From the IMG/VR virus record IMGVR_UViG_3300025018_000111, positions 49,941 through 113,940 of that record: DNA of 64,000 bases; one strand, written 5' to 3'. The notes beneath the pieces were generated by a model, which did not search any database, was not told where the DNA came from, and was given only the letters and a program-made list of their open reading frames with translations. The DNA comes from a virus. Of this stretch, positions 38,778 to 47,696 are shown piece by piece (positions within the stretch are counted from its first letter, which is position 1; each line of letters begins with the position of its first letter). The position numbers and the translations under genes were made by a program.

Positions 38778-39876
38778 TTTTGACTTTCTTCCATATCCAT
38801 ATTGGTTCACCAAATTTTCCAGCTTTATCAGATTTACTATTTGGCCTTTTCCCCATTTCCAATCCCCAACAACCTTGATACTCGGAATTTTCCAAAGTGT
38901 CAATGAATTTGTTCATCGGATCGCAAATTTTATTTATCCGATGATGACAATAAACATCACTAATATTGATAGCGAGAGTTCCATTTTCGTCTAAACTATC
39001 CCAACTATTTTTAATACTTCTGAAAAGAAAATTTTCCAACCATTCTTCAAAAACCTTATATTTTACCCAACTCTGAGATTCGTCATAACTGTATCTTTCA
39101 ATATCGTAATAAGGGGGAGACGTAAAAATAAAATCAAAATTTTGACTGTACTTATATTCTTCAGCCTGACCGACATTCATGTTGACAAACTTTGATCCGT
39201 TATCAAAAATCTGAATCTGCTTATTGTAACCGTCAACTAGTTTTTCATTGGGATCTAATCCAAAATAAGAAACCCCAGTGTTTGAAGCTAAAAATCCACT
39301 CAGCCTATCCCCCCAACCAGAGGAAAAGTCAAGAATTTTCTTAGCCTCAAAATGATCGTACAAGACTTTCGCCACAGATGGTCTAAATTGGCTCGCAATG
39401 TACTTTCTAAGCGATATTAGAGTCCTGATAGTATCAGAGTTAAGGGACATAATTTTAAGAGTCCACAAACCGTTTAAAAGAGTATTTAAAAACTTCGCAT
39501 TATTCCAAACTCTTTCGGGACTCGGACTGTTGATAGAATTTGTTTTCCACCGATTATATTGGTGAAAATAATTGCTTGATTTATTCCCAACGTTGAGAGA
39601 TTTTAAAAGAATGTCCTTTCTCTCAAATTCATAATCATACCGAGTGTTCCATTTTGATTCGATTAAAACATCAGATACTTTTACTCTGGTTAATTTGTCA
39701 AAATCTTCTTTTGCATCTTGCTCGGTTATTTTGAGATAAGGAAGAGGAGGATCTTTCATCATTATCTCCTCTATTATTCTGTGCTTAATATCTCCTTTAG
39801 AGAATCTTTCGTTTATTTGTTTCCAGTCTCGTTCTGATACGTTGAACTCTCCGTTTTTTATAAATTCCCTAAGCAT
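38764..39876 (-). CDS. DNA amino-methyltransferase (N4-C/N6-A type)
   Basis: Motif I ILDFSSGWGDR, motif IV FDFIFTSPPYY, LAINISD. Confidence 0.85.
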   Translation of the reverse strand: MLREFIKNGEFNVSERDWKQINERFSKGDIKHRIIEEIMMKDPPLPYLKITEQDAKEDFDKLTRVKVSDVLIESKWNTRYDYEFERKDILLKSLNVGNKSSNYFHQYNRWKTNSINSPSPERVWNNAKFLNTLLNGLWTLKIMSLNSDTIRTLISLRKYIASQFRPSVAKVLYDHFEAKKILDFSSGWGDRLSGFLASNTGVSYFGLDPNEKLVDGYNKQIQIFDNGSKFVNMNVGQAEEYKYSQNFDFIFTSPPYYDIERYSYDESQSWVKYKVFEEWLENFLFRSIKNSWDSLDENGTLAINISDVYCHHRINKICDPMNKFIDTLENSEYQGCWGLEMGKRPNSKSDKAGKFGEPIWIWKKVKNENH

Positions 39877-40520
39877 TCGATATAGTCGTTTGATTTATTT
39901 AAAGATTCAACAGAATTTATCTCTTTAAAATGTTTTTCTGTCAATTCAAAAGGATTCAGATATTTGTACTTCAAATTAGCAGAATTGCATCTTACTTCCA
40001 TCCTGTTCCATCCATCAGTTTTCCCCTTTTTGAGACATTTTATATTTTCATGAGAAAAATATTCGTCTTTTCCTATCCAGCCAATTAGCCACGCTTTTTT
40101 GAAATCCTTATGGACTCTCATAAAAACATATTTGTCGCAATCCATTCCTTTAGAATAAAAAGGTACGCTGGCATCAAATGCTTCTGATTTTCCCACGATT
40201 GGATCAACATCCACCCCTTGAGTCTTAGTTTTAACATCATAATTTACTTTTCCATTTTTACTAATAAAATCATAATCATATACAACATTCCCAACATATT
40301 TTAGTTTATTCCTGAATATTTGAAAAAATAAATATTCACCTAAGATTCCAGATGAATTCCTATTTCCCTCCATAAAGGATCTATTATTGAGCTTCCCCAT
40401 CGATTCGGCAATTTCGCGCAATCGATCAATCGTACTTGGAATATCGAAGTTTAATTCATAACATCCTGAATCTAACTTACTTATACATATTTCCCCATCT
40501 TGAACTTTTAATCTAAACAT
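39858..40520 (-). CDS. putative PD-(D/E)XK endonuclease
   Basis: GILGE...YDYDF...YDVKTK...CDKYVF; ATG 40520 overlaps the dnaE-N stop. Confidence 0.65.
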   Translation of the reverse strand: MFRLKVQDGEICISKLDSGCYELNFDIPSTIDRLREIAESMGKLNNRSFMEGNRNSSGILGEYLFFQIFRNKLKYVGNVVYDYDFISKNGKVNYDVKTKTQGVDVDPIVGKSEAFDASVPFYSKGMDCDKYVFMRVHKDFKKAWLIGWIGKDEYFSHENIKCLKKGKTDGWNRMEVRCNSANLKYKYLNPFELTEKHFKEINSVESLNKSNDYIECLGNL

Positions 40521-42768
40521 ATTTAAAGTCACATTGGAAATCATCTAACGATTTAATCGGAATCATTCTCCCACTCCTTTGCTCCATAAATTTGTGAGAT
40601 TTGGACGAAACTACTTTCGCTCCAGAGTCAAATTTGTATTCGACTGCCGGTTTGTTAGAACGATAAGTTTGAGTAACAGTAGATTCTACAATTTCATCAA
40701 TCTCGAAATCGTAACTATAAACTTTATCCCCGATATTCAAATCACCGATTCTTTTGCTCCCATAAGGAGTTTCAACCTCTGTGTCTGGATCTAAGCACTT
40801 GTTAAAACTATAGCTCGCGGAATCGTGCAATAATTTCCAGTAAATCTCAAAAACTTCTGGATCATAACCCCTCTCCTCCCCAGCTTTTCTAAGAACCGGC
40901 TCGAACTTGTCAATAATTTCCTTTTTCTTCTTACCGACTCCTCTTCGGATTTGCTCTCCATCTTCTAAAGATAATCCGAAAACTTTACTGGCAATTCTCA
41001 TCAGTTGCTCCTGATATATAAGCATGTTGCCACTTTCTTTTAAGTAAGGATCAAGGACTGGGTGAAGAGAGGGCGGAGTTCCTGAAGCTGTGTATTTGCT
41101 GTAGGGTTCGATGAATTGCAAAGCGCCCGGTCTCGCGATAGCCAACACCGCACTCAAATCCTCAATATTCCTCGGTTTAATAGCCCTAGTAGTCTTATAC
41201 GCAGTATCTTCGCTAATTTGGAACAATCCGTACCTAGAATCCAAATCCTGACAAATCTGATAGATATAAGGATCTTCAATATCAATATCGTCAATATCTA
41301 ATCCCACAATCTTACAAACCTCATCAACAACACTAAGAGTTTTCACCCCTAGTAGGTCTAGTTTAATGGTTAAAAGTTCTACCACGTTCTTATTATAAGA
41401 ACTCACAAGATTCCCCTCTTTCGTCAATTCTACTGGAAGAGTTTTATCTAAAGAGTGTTTGCTTACAATGATTCCGCTCGCATGAACTCCTTTGTTTCTA
41501 GGGAGTCCATTCAATTTTTGAGCAACCTTAAATGCCCTCTCATTTTCCTTACACCAGTTATCGAACTTTTGACTTTTAGCTCTCGTATCTTCCAGAGAAT
41601 CAACATTCCCGAATTGAGATTCAATGAAACTCGAAATCTTCGTCATTTCTTGATCACTTTTAGCAGCAACGATCTTTCCACACTCTTTTATCAGGATTTT
41701 ACTGGTAAGAGTATTAACATTTAGAATATGACAAACTTTTCCTTTATATTTTTCGGAAACATAATTGATAACCTCTGGTCGTCGATAATAATCAATGTCA
41801 ATATCAACGTCACACATTAAAGATCCGTCAAGATATGTGATTCCATCTATGACTGTTTTTTTGGCTCTTGCTCTGCTGACAAATCTCTCGAAGTAAAGTT
41901 CATATCGAATAGGATCAATCTTTGTAACATTGATTAGGAATAAGATTAACGATCCGCAAGCCGAATTGTGAACAGTATAATTTTCAGTCGAATAAGAGGG
42001 GGAATCACCGCTCATTGTTAGATCATAAACTTTTTTATATTTATTTTTAACAATTTCGGTCGATTGGACGATTTGAAAACTAGGATAATATTCTATGCCG
42101 TCATATCTGACTAGAACATCCCCAATTTTAATATTCTCAGATTTTACCCATTTCGTTTCTGGAATACTTGGGTAATCACTATCATAAATATAAGAATCAT
42201 CAACAATGAGAACCTCGTGGTCTTTTGTTAATGAAACGGATTCATCTTTAACTTCTAAAAGATTTATCTTAACCAAATCTTCATCGCAATCGTATTCGTG
42301 TTTAGCCCTAACATTGCTCCACTTACCGAATCCATTCAGGATAATGTCTCCTTTTTGAATGTCTTTGATATATTTTAATCCATCTTTAGTTCTGATTTTA
42401 GAATACGGATGAAGACATCCCCTTCCGTGACCAAGCAATATCCCTTTTTCTCTACAAAAATTGCAAACATCCCAAATCAAAAGAAAATAATCGGTGAAAG
42501 ACAATTCTTCAATAAGATCCAATTCGTAATCAAGTCTGTCTTGATATTCTTTCTTTTTTGATTCCGGTTTATCTGAGATATATTCTCTAAGAGAATTATC
42601 ACAAAGAGATTTTAAAAAATCAAAGTTTTTGAAGTTTTTTGGAAGATTATATTTTTCTACATACTTTCGATCAATTTCAATTTCAGGGAGTTCTACCCCT
42701 TTACTGGTTTTATCCAAAGAGGAAAACTGTTTTAGAAACTCTTTTTCAGTAAAATTTTTAATATCCAT
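40513..42768 (-). CDS. dnaE: DNA polymerase III alpha N-terminal half (no PHP core) with mini-intein and C-terminal split-intein IntN
   Basis: YQDRLDYEL, DYFLLIWD, GHGRG|intein|SACGS, FERF, DVDIDID, GVHASG, KLDLLG, IYQEQLM, YSFNK|CLDPD; ATG 42768 preferred. Confidence 0.93.
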   Translation of the reverse strand: MDIKNFTEKEFLKQFSSLDKTSKGVELPEIEIDRKYVEKYNLPKNFKNFDFLKSLCDNSLREYISDKPESKKKEYQDRLDYELDLIEELSFTDYFLLIWDVCNFCREKGILLGHGRGCLHPYSKIRTKDGLKYIKDIQKGDIILNGFGKWSNVRAKHEYDCDEDLVKINLLEVKDESVSLTKDHEVLIVDDSYIYDSDYPSIPETKWVKSENIKIGDVLVRYDGIEYYPSFQIVQSTEIVKNKYKKVYDLTMSGDSPSYSTENYTVHNSACGSLILFLINVTKIDPIRYELYFERFVSRARAKKTVIDGITYLDGSLMCDVDIDIDYYRRPEVINYVSEKYKGKVCHILNVNTLTSKILIKECGKIVAAKSDQEMTKISSFIESQFGNVDSLEDTRAKSQKFDNWCKENERAFKVAQKLNGLPRNKGVHASGIIVSKHSLDKTLPVELTKEGNLVSSYNKNVVELLTIKLDLLGVKTLSVVDEVCKIVGLDIDDIDIEDPYIYQICQDLDSRYGLFQISEDTAYKTTRAIKPRNIEDLSAVLAIARPGALQFIEPYSKYTASGTPPSLHPVLDPYLKESGNMLIYQEQLMRIASKVFGLSLEDGEQIRRGVGKKKKEIIDKFEPVLRKAGEERGYDPEVFEIYWKLLHDSASYSFNKCLDPDTEVETPYGSKRIGDLNIGDKVYSYDFEIDEIVESTVTQTYRSNKPAVEYKFDSGAKVVSSKSHKFMEQRSGRMIPIKSLDDFQCDFKYV
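40516..40797 (-). mobile_element. split intein N-fragment (94 aa)
   Basis: CLDPDTEVETPYGSKRIGDLNIGDKVYSYD (block A) ... VVSSKSHKF (block B), then a stop. Confidence 0.92.
41965..42417 (-). mobile_element. contiguous mini-intein (151 aa, no endonuclease) in the dnaE GRGS motif
   Basis: GRG|CLHPYSKIRTKDG...LTKDH...VYDLT...YTVHN|SACGS. Confidence 0.93.
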
Positions 42769-43069
42769 TTTTTTTATATTCGTCTTCGTCTTCGTCGTCG
42801 TCATCACCTTCATCTACCGTATATCCCAATTCTTCCAGATCAATATCGTTTTCCTCGGCAACCTCAAACAACTTTTCACTAATGACTTCTATCGATGCTA
42901 TGAATGTTTTAAGAGCGTCATTATCACTTCTGTCTATCTTCACAAAAGATTCTATACAAGCCCTATCATTTTCATCTTCTGTCGCAGTGTTAGTCGGAAT
43001 CAAGAGAATATAATCTTGTTTGTTCTTATCCAATCCGTCTAATAGGTCATAAATAAAATCTTTAGTCAT
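42758..43069 (-). CDS. hypothetical acidic protein
   Basis: 103 aa with D/E-rich tail; AGTGTATT motif at 43077-43084 upstream. Confidence 0.6.
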   Translation of the reverse strand: MTKDFIYDLLDGLDKNKQDYILLIPTNTATEDENDRACIESFVKIDRSDNDALKTFIASIEVISEKLFEVAEENDIDLEELGYTVDEGDDDDEDEDEYKKNGY

Positions 43070-43084
43070 AAAAAAGAATACACT

Positions 43085-43720
43085 TTAGAGCTTTGCCTCA
43101 TGCTTAAGATGATTCCAGATCTTCCAATTCAATCTAATATCATCCAGTGCGTCGTGAAGCTTTTCGGAGTCATATTCTATGTTAAAATGTTTTGCCAAAT
43201 ATTCCAAGTTAGACTTCACTCCTCTGACTCTTGTGTTTTTAACTCGATATTGATATTCGAGGAATGTTTCGTTCTCTGGATTAAACTTCATTCCATAAAA
43301 AATTCCTCTAGCAATACAGTTCGTGTCGATTGCTTTGTCGGGAAGGTGTCTCCATTCCTTCCCATACATCCGATAACACTCTTTTAAGAGAGGTAAGTCA
43401 AATCCGAGTATGTTGTGTCCCATGATATAATCACAGTCCTCTATGACAGGATAAATGAGATTGAACACCTCTTCGCTAGGTCTTGCGAGTCTCATCACCT
43501 CCTCATGATTGTATTTAGTGACATAAGCAGCCCCTTTTCCTATTCTCAGATCAGAGTCCCATTTCAGGTAATAATCTTTTTCATCAACGAGTTTGTCTCC
43601 AACGAAAGATAGGTAGGCAAATTGCCAGAAACGATTGCAGTGAAAACTCAGATTGAGTGAAAATGTTTCCTCGTCAAAAACACAAATTTTTGCATTATTA
43701 TCGAATCTTAGGTTCTGCAT
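43085..43720 (-). CDS. DEDDh 3'-5' exonuclease (Pol III epsilon-like)
   Basis: VFDEET, GHNILGFD, IDT, LHDALDD; ATG 43720 preferred. Confidence 0.88.
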   Translation of the reverse strand: MQNLRFDNNAKICVFDEETFSLNLSFHCNRFWQFAYLSFVGDKLVDEKDYYLKWDSDLRIGKGAAYVTKYNHEEVMRLARPSEEVFNLIYPVIEDCDYIMGHNILGFDLPLLKECYRMYGKEWRHLPDKAIDTNCIARGIFYGMKFNPENETFLEYQYRVKNTRVRGVKSNLEYLAKHFNIEYDSEKLHDALDDIRLNWKIWNHLKHEAKL

Positions 43721-43724
43721 AATA

Positions 43725-43925
43725 TTATTTCCCCTCTTCAAGAGATTTTTTTATTTCGGCCAATTTTTGCAGGATAACGTTCTTATCCAAGAACGCTGAA
43801 AACTTAATATCCGAAATCAATGAGTTCAATTTCCGATATGTTTCTCTCGGCTTTGTCCGCTCGAATTCAGATATTGAACCGATGGAATATGTATCCTGAT
43901 CTTCTATGTTGTTATTTGTTTCCAT
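43725..43925 (-). CDS. hypothetical protein
   Basis: 66-aa ORF overlapping the upstream stop. Confidence 0.55.
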   Translation of the reverse strand: METNNNIEDQDTYSIGSISEFERTKPRETYRKLNSLISDIKFSAFLDKNVILQKLAEIKKSLEEGK

Positions 43926-44655
43926 TTTTTTCTAAAAAACTTTCCCAACAAAAACTATCACTAGTCATGTCGTTTAATTCTGGTTTTTCTAACGTAGATC
44001 TATTCTGAATACAGCGATTTGTCAAGTAAGAAGTGAAATCACTCCTCTTTTTGTAATAGATACTCTTTATTTCAAGAGTCGGGAATCCCGAACTCTCACA
44101 ATAATCAACGACTCTTTTTCTCAGAATATCATCGAAAAGCAAATCATTATCCTCTAAAAAGAATACCGGATTCAACCCAGAAAAATCCAGATAAATTTTT
44201 GAGTTTTTGAGTCGGTTATTGTGGATGAAACTATCATAAAACGGAACGCATAGAACGAATAGATCTTGGTTCTGAATCATAAATTCTTTCAGATCCTCAA
44301 AAGAGATTCTAGGATTCTTATAATCTGATGTAAAGATTTTGCTACTTATTTGAATTAGCTTTTCTTCACTGTCGTTGGATTTCGACAAAAGTACAAATTT
44401 GGACTGAGAAGAGGGGTCGTCGTCTCCACAGTCGAACCTCAGTCCGAATGTTAGTTTAATGTCGTTTTCCTTACAAGACATTTTGGCCTCTTCATAACAG
44501 CCCATCGTATCATCGACAATAAAAATATGGTCAAGGTTGTTTTCCTTACTAATACTTATAATAGAGTCTGGACCGTTCTCCTGCGTTTTATCAGGATGTT
44601 TCAGAGTCAAAATACTCTTGCCGAAACTGTAAGATGTTTTAAAAATTGGTATCAT
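43912..44655 (-). CDS. stand-alone degenerate PHP domain of DNA Pol III alpha
   Basis: PIFKTSYSFGKSIL...IFIVDD...IKLTFGL...FVLLSK...LIQISS...PRISFEDL follows the DnaE PHP layout, with metal histidines lost. Confidence 0.75.
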   Translation of the reverse strand: MIPIFKTSYSFGKSILTLKHPDKTQENGPDSIISISKENNLDHIFIVDDTMGCYEEAKMSCKENDIKLTFGLRFDCGDDDPSSQSKFVLLSKSNDSEEKLIQISSKIFTSDYKNPRISFEDLKEFMIQNQDLFVLCVPFYDSFIHNNRLKNSKIYLDFSGLNPVFFLEDNDLLFDDILRKRVVDYCESSGFPTLEIKSIYYKKRSDFTSYLTNRCIQNRSTLEKPELNDMTSDSFCWESFLEKNGNK

Positions 44656-44682
44656 AATTTTCTCGCAAAAGGAAACCCCGTT
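44653..44682 (-). repeat. IS200/IS605-end-like repeat, partial copy 2
   Basis: aacggggtttccttttgcgagaaaattATG. Confidence 0.5.
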
Positions 44683-44684
44683 TC

Positions 44685-45674
44685 TTAATTGTTAAACTTC
44701 GGACAACCTGAATATTTGTGTTTCTTTTGATAAAACTGCTCTTGAATATTTTCAAAAGGAGTTTTTTGCGTCTTAATTACCTTTCCGTCCTTATTATACA
44801 GGCAGTAATAGTCGAATGCAAACTTATAACCACAATAATACATGGGAGATTTGTCTTTTTTCTTCTGTCCAATGAATCTGGCAAAGCCGCAACATAGGTT
44901 TCCCTCAAAAACATCTTTTCTCGGTTTAATATCAGCGGCGAATTTTCTATAAGCGTCTTTTTCCTCAAAGTTTTCAAACTTTTCCTGATAGTCTGCCAAA
45001 ACATATTCAAAGCCTTCCATCTCTTCCTCGGAAAGAGTGGTTCCCTTTTCGATAGGACTGTCTGGATGGTCAAGGTATTGAAATTCTGTTCTTATAGGGC
45101 GAGTTTCCCCTTCTTTCTTCAAAGCGAGATCGTAAATTATGCTTTGAATATTGAATAGTTTTTCTTCTTGACTTGGCTTTCTTTTCCCACATTTGTAATC
45201 CCGAATCACAACCTCATCCGCATATCTCATGCAGGCATCAATATATCCTAGAATATTGTAACGAGGATTTTCGTTTTTATGCTGGAACTTTTTCTCAGGG
45301 GGAAGGATTTCAGCTCCTTCTTTCCCAAAGAATCCCAAAGAAAATGCAGTTAAGACCAGATCGTTGATTAGATCCCATTCTATATTCTCCAATCCGTGCA
45401 GAGTGGACAACATCCTTACGAATCGAGTCATGGGTTTGTAAGAGTAAATATCCTTGCTCTTAAGAATAGATTCTACATCGTCTCTTCTTTTGTCACAGAG
45501 CATAGATTCCAAAATGCTGTGGACAACATTTCCGATCATAGTCCTTTGATAAGTGACATCAGGAATCTTTAAATGATATTTGGCCCAATATGCCCAAGAA
45601 CATTTTTCATACTGGTCAATCCTGCTCTTGCTGAGGTAAACCTCTTTCTTCTCTTTGTTTTCTTTCTCTTTCAT
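44685..45674 (-). CDS. PD-(D/E)XK exonuclease, Cas4/AddB/RecB-like
   Basis: LSKSRIDQYEKC, GNVVHSILE, GYID, IRDYK, QSIIY, C-terminal cysteines. Confidence 0.85.
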   Translation of the reverse strand: MKEKENKEKKEVYLSKSRIDQYEKCSWAYWAKYHLKIPDVTYQRTMIGNVVHSILESMLCDKRRDDVESILKSKDIYSYKPMTRFVRMLSTLHGLENIEWDLINDLVLTAFSLGFFGKEGAEILPPEKKFQHKNENPRYNILGYIDACMRYADEVVIRDYKCGKRKPSQEEKLFNIQSIIYDLALKKEGETRPIRTEFQYLDHPDSPIEKGTTLSEEEMEGFEYVLADYQEKFENFEEKDAYRKFAADIKPRKDVFEGNLCCGFARFIGQKKKDKSPMYYCGYKFAFDYYCLYNKDGKVIKTQKTPFENIQEQFYQKKHKYSGCPKFNN

Positions 45675-45678
45675 AATA

Positions 45679-46578
45679 TTAAAATCCTAAAAATTTCATT
45701 ATACTTTTTTTTCCAGATTCTACCAACATTTCATTATAATCATTTTTCGTTGGACATTTGATGATAACATTAGAAAAAAAATTGTCTAACCTTTTCTTAA
45801 TCTTAACCATTCCATCCTGTCCCCTGTTATTTTCGTCATTGTTTAAAGAAATGATGATCTGTTTTGGATTTAATCTGATTAGATTGTAAAAAACCATACT
45901 GCTCATATCCAGAGAAAAACATGGTACACAATTGTATATCCCACATTCCATTAAACTCAACATATCCCCGATACTTTCGACAAGGATGATGGTCCCCTCT
46001 TCCATTTCCGAATCATTAAATCGCGGGAAATACCAACTATTTTTCTTGCCAATCTTTTTCCACTTGTGTCTATTTTTATATTTCTCAGATTTGCCATTTA
46101 TAATATCTCTTCCGTCTAGTCCAATAATTCTGTTTCTTGATGAATATATTCTAAAAACAAACCTTCCCCATAGTTCTCCAAAATCGCAAACGCCGCAATC
46201 AAATTTATCTAAAACATCATCCGATATTCCCCTCTTATTCCAATAAGAGTAGTCCCTTTTTAATTCGTGGATCATTGATTTGGGAAGAGGGTTTTCTTTA
46301 TTTCTGATTTCCGATTCCTTTTGTTTTGAAAAGGATACGTTTATTTTCTTAACCCATTCTTCAGCGTCTTCGATCTTTAGTCCTTTCGTCAGACTGATAA
46401 GATATTTGAAACTAAATGATTTTCCTAAGACAAAATCTCTACATGATCCAGTGGATAGATTAACACTTAATGCTCTGTCGTTATCTGAGTCTCGGTAAAG
46501 TGGGCGCATACTCGCCCAACCATTACAAGAACTAGTAATCCTGTATCCGAGACTCTCTAGACATTCTTTCACGTCCAT
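45679..46578 (-). CDS. dnaG: DNA primase (TOPRIM)
   Basis: YWNKRGISD, RFVFRI...IGLDGR, ILVESIGD, SLNND...G, DYNEM; zinc-finger ligands degenerate. Confidence 0.82.
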   Translation of the reverse strand: MDVKECLESLGYRITSSCNGWASMRPLYRDSDNDRALSVNLSTGSCRDFVLGKSFSFKYLISLTKGLKIEDAEEWVKKINVSFSKQKESEIRNKENPLPKSMIHELKRDYSYWNKRGISDDVLDKFDCGVCDFGELWGRFVFRIYSSRNRIIGLDGRDIINGKSEKYKNRHKWKKIGKKNSWYFPRFNDSEMEEGTIILVESIGDMLSLMECGIYNCVPCFSLDMSSMVFYNLIRLNPKQIIISLNNDENNRGQDGMVKIKKRLDNFFSNVIIKCPTKNDYNEMLVESGKKSIMKFLGF

Positions 46579-46611
46579 TTTAAAAATTTAGACTAATTTT
46601 ATTTACCTCAT

Positions 46612-46640
46612 AGTATGAAGGATTACAAAAAAGCCGTCAA
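46612..46640 (-). promoter_or_regulatory. sigma70-type promoter for primase/polymerase operon
   Basis: TTGACG-N17-CATACT, overlapping the terminator below. Confidence 0.55.
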
Positions 46641-46664
46641 CAATTTTATTTTGCTGACGGTTTT
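46627..46664 (-). terminator. intrinsic terminator
   Basis: accgtcagcaa-loop-ttgttgacggc followed by T6. Confidence 0.7.
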
Positions 46665-46703
46665 GATTGAATTTTTTCTAATATAGATATAGTTAGTCAG
46701 TTA

Positions 46704-47624
46704 CTAATATACAGTCACACTAGCTTTATCGGAATCTTGATACAGTCCACCGCTTTTTGTCGTCCAAGCCTCAATATAATCAGGCTTCACAACCGAAACC
46801 GGAGGATCAGAAGGAATCCAAGTTTGAATAGCACCGACGTTGATTTGATATTTGAACTGAAGCCCATTCACAATATCATCAGTTGAAAATGTAGCATACC
46901 TATTCCCACCAGTATTTGTTAAAGAGATAGTGGGGGTGAGAAGTTTGACTTCGGAATCTTGTTCGTGAATATCAGAGTCCCAATATCCATCCCTCACAGC
47001 AATTGCTTGAATTACTACATTTGGAGCGAGAGGCAAACGAGGAAGTGTTGAATCATATTCAGTCCACAACGGATCGGTATTCCACGAGACAGCACCACCG
47101 CTTCCATCTTTTAACTTACCAACTCTCCAATAGATAGTAGCGTTAGAGTCGGAGCAACTGATCGTGAATTTACCATATCTATCCGTAGAAATTACTGGGG
47201 TTGGCACTTTGGAATAGTCAGAATAAGATCCAACCATCCATTGAAAAGATGCTCCGTATCCACAATTCCAGAATGATAGAAAGTAGTTTCCACTTGATAA
47301 TCCTGTTAATTCAAGAATCCCCGTTCTCGAATAACCATGCACTACCAGATCATCAAAAGACGCTGACGAGCTGCTACAAATTGCAATTCCGGCATTAAAA
47401 TTTTCGTTCGGGTTCTGTGCAACAACCGTCAACTCTGTCTCTCCCGCTAAAAGAGATGCTAACGCCCAAGCGGGATTATATTTGTCATCCGAATCAATCG
47501 TTAAGTCGTTACCGTTGTCTCTGTAAATGCTGTCAAGAACAGCGTTCTCGGACGTTTGAGTTGAACTGCCAAACGTGTTGTAGATTTGTCCGCTTGTGTA
47601 TCCTCTAACTGGTGCTCCACCCAT
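46704..47624 (-). CDS. Fn3-associated/chitobiase-C-like domain protein (moron-like insertion)
   Basis: VPTPVIS...FTISCSDSNATIYW...WTEY...IQAIAVRDGYWDSD and a second LLTPTIS repeat; own promoter and terminator. Confidence 0.7.
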   Translation of the reverse strand: MGGAPVRGYTSGQIYNTFGSSTQTSENAVLDSIYRDNGNDLTIDSDDKYNPAWALASLLAGETELTVVAQNPNENFNAGIAICSSSSASFDDLVVHGYSRTGILELTGLSSGNYFLSFWNCGYGASFQWMVGSYSDYSKVPTPVISTDRYGKFTISCSDSNATIYWRVGKLKDGSGGAVSWNTDPLWTEYDSTLPRLPLAPNVVIQAIAVRDGYWDSDIHEQDSEVKLLTPTISLTNTGGNRYATFSTDDIVNGLQFKYQINVGAIQTWIPSDPPVSVVKPDYIEAWTTKSGGLYQDSDKASVTVY

Positions 47625-47696
47625 AATATTTTATTTCTAATTTAATTTAACTTTATTCTAAAGAAAATCTGCCTTATAGATTCTCCTATCTTGAAT

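Noticed and set aside
38778-38903. 42-aa N-terminal extension of dnaE-C in the ORF track
   Set aside because: It overlaps the methyltransferase 3' end; ATG 38777 gives a canonical 36-aa IntC
37614-42768. dnaE as a pseudogene or sequencing frameshift
   Set aside because: Both halves are intact, end in complementary intein fragments, and are separated by two complete genes
44685-45674. Cas4 as part of a CRISPR-Cas system
   Set aside because: No other cas genes or array; stand-alone Cas4-like exonucleases are common in phage replication modules
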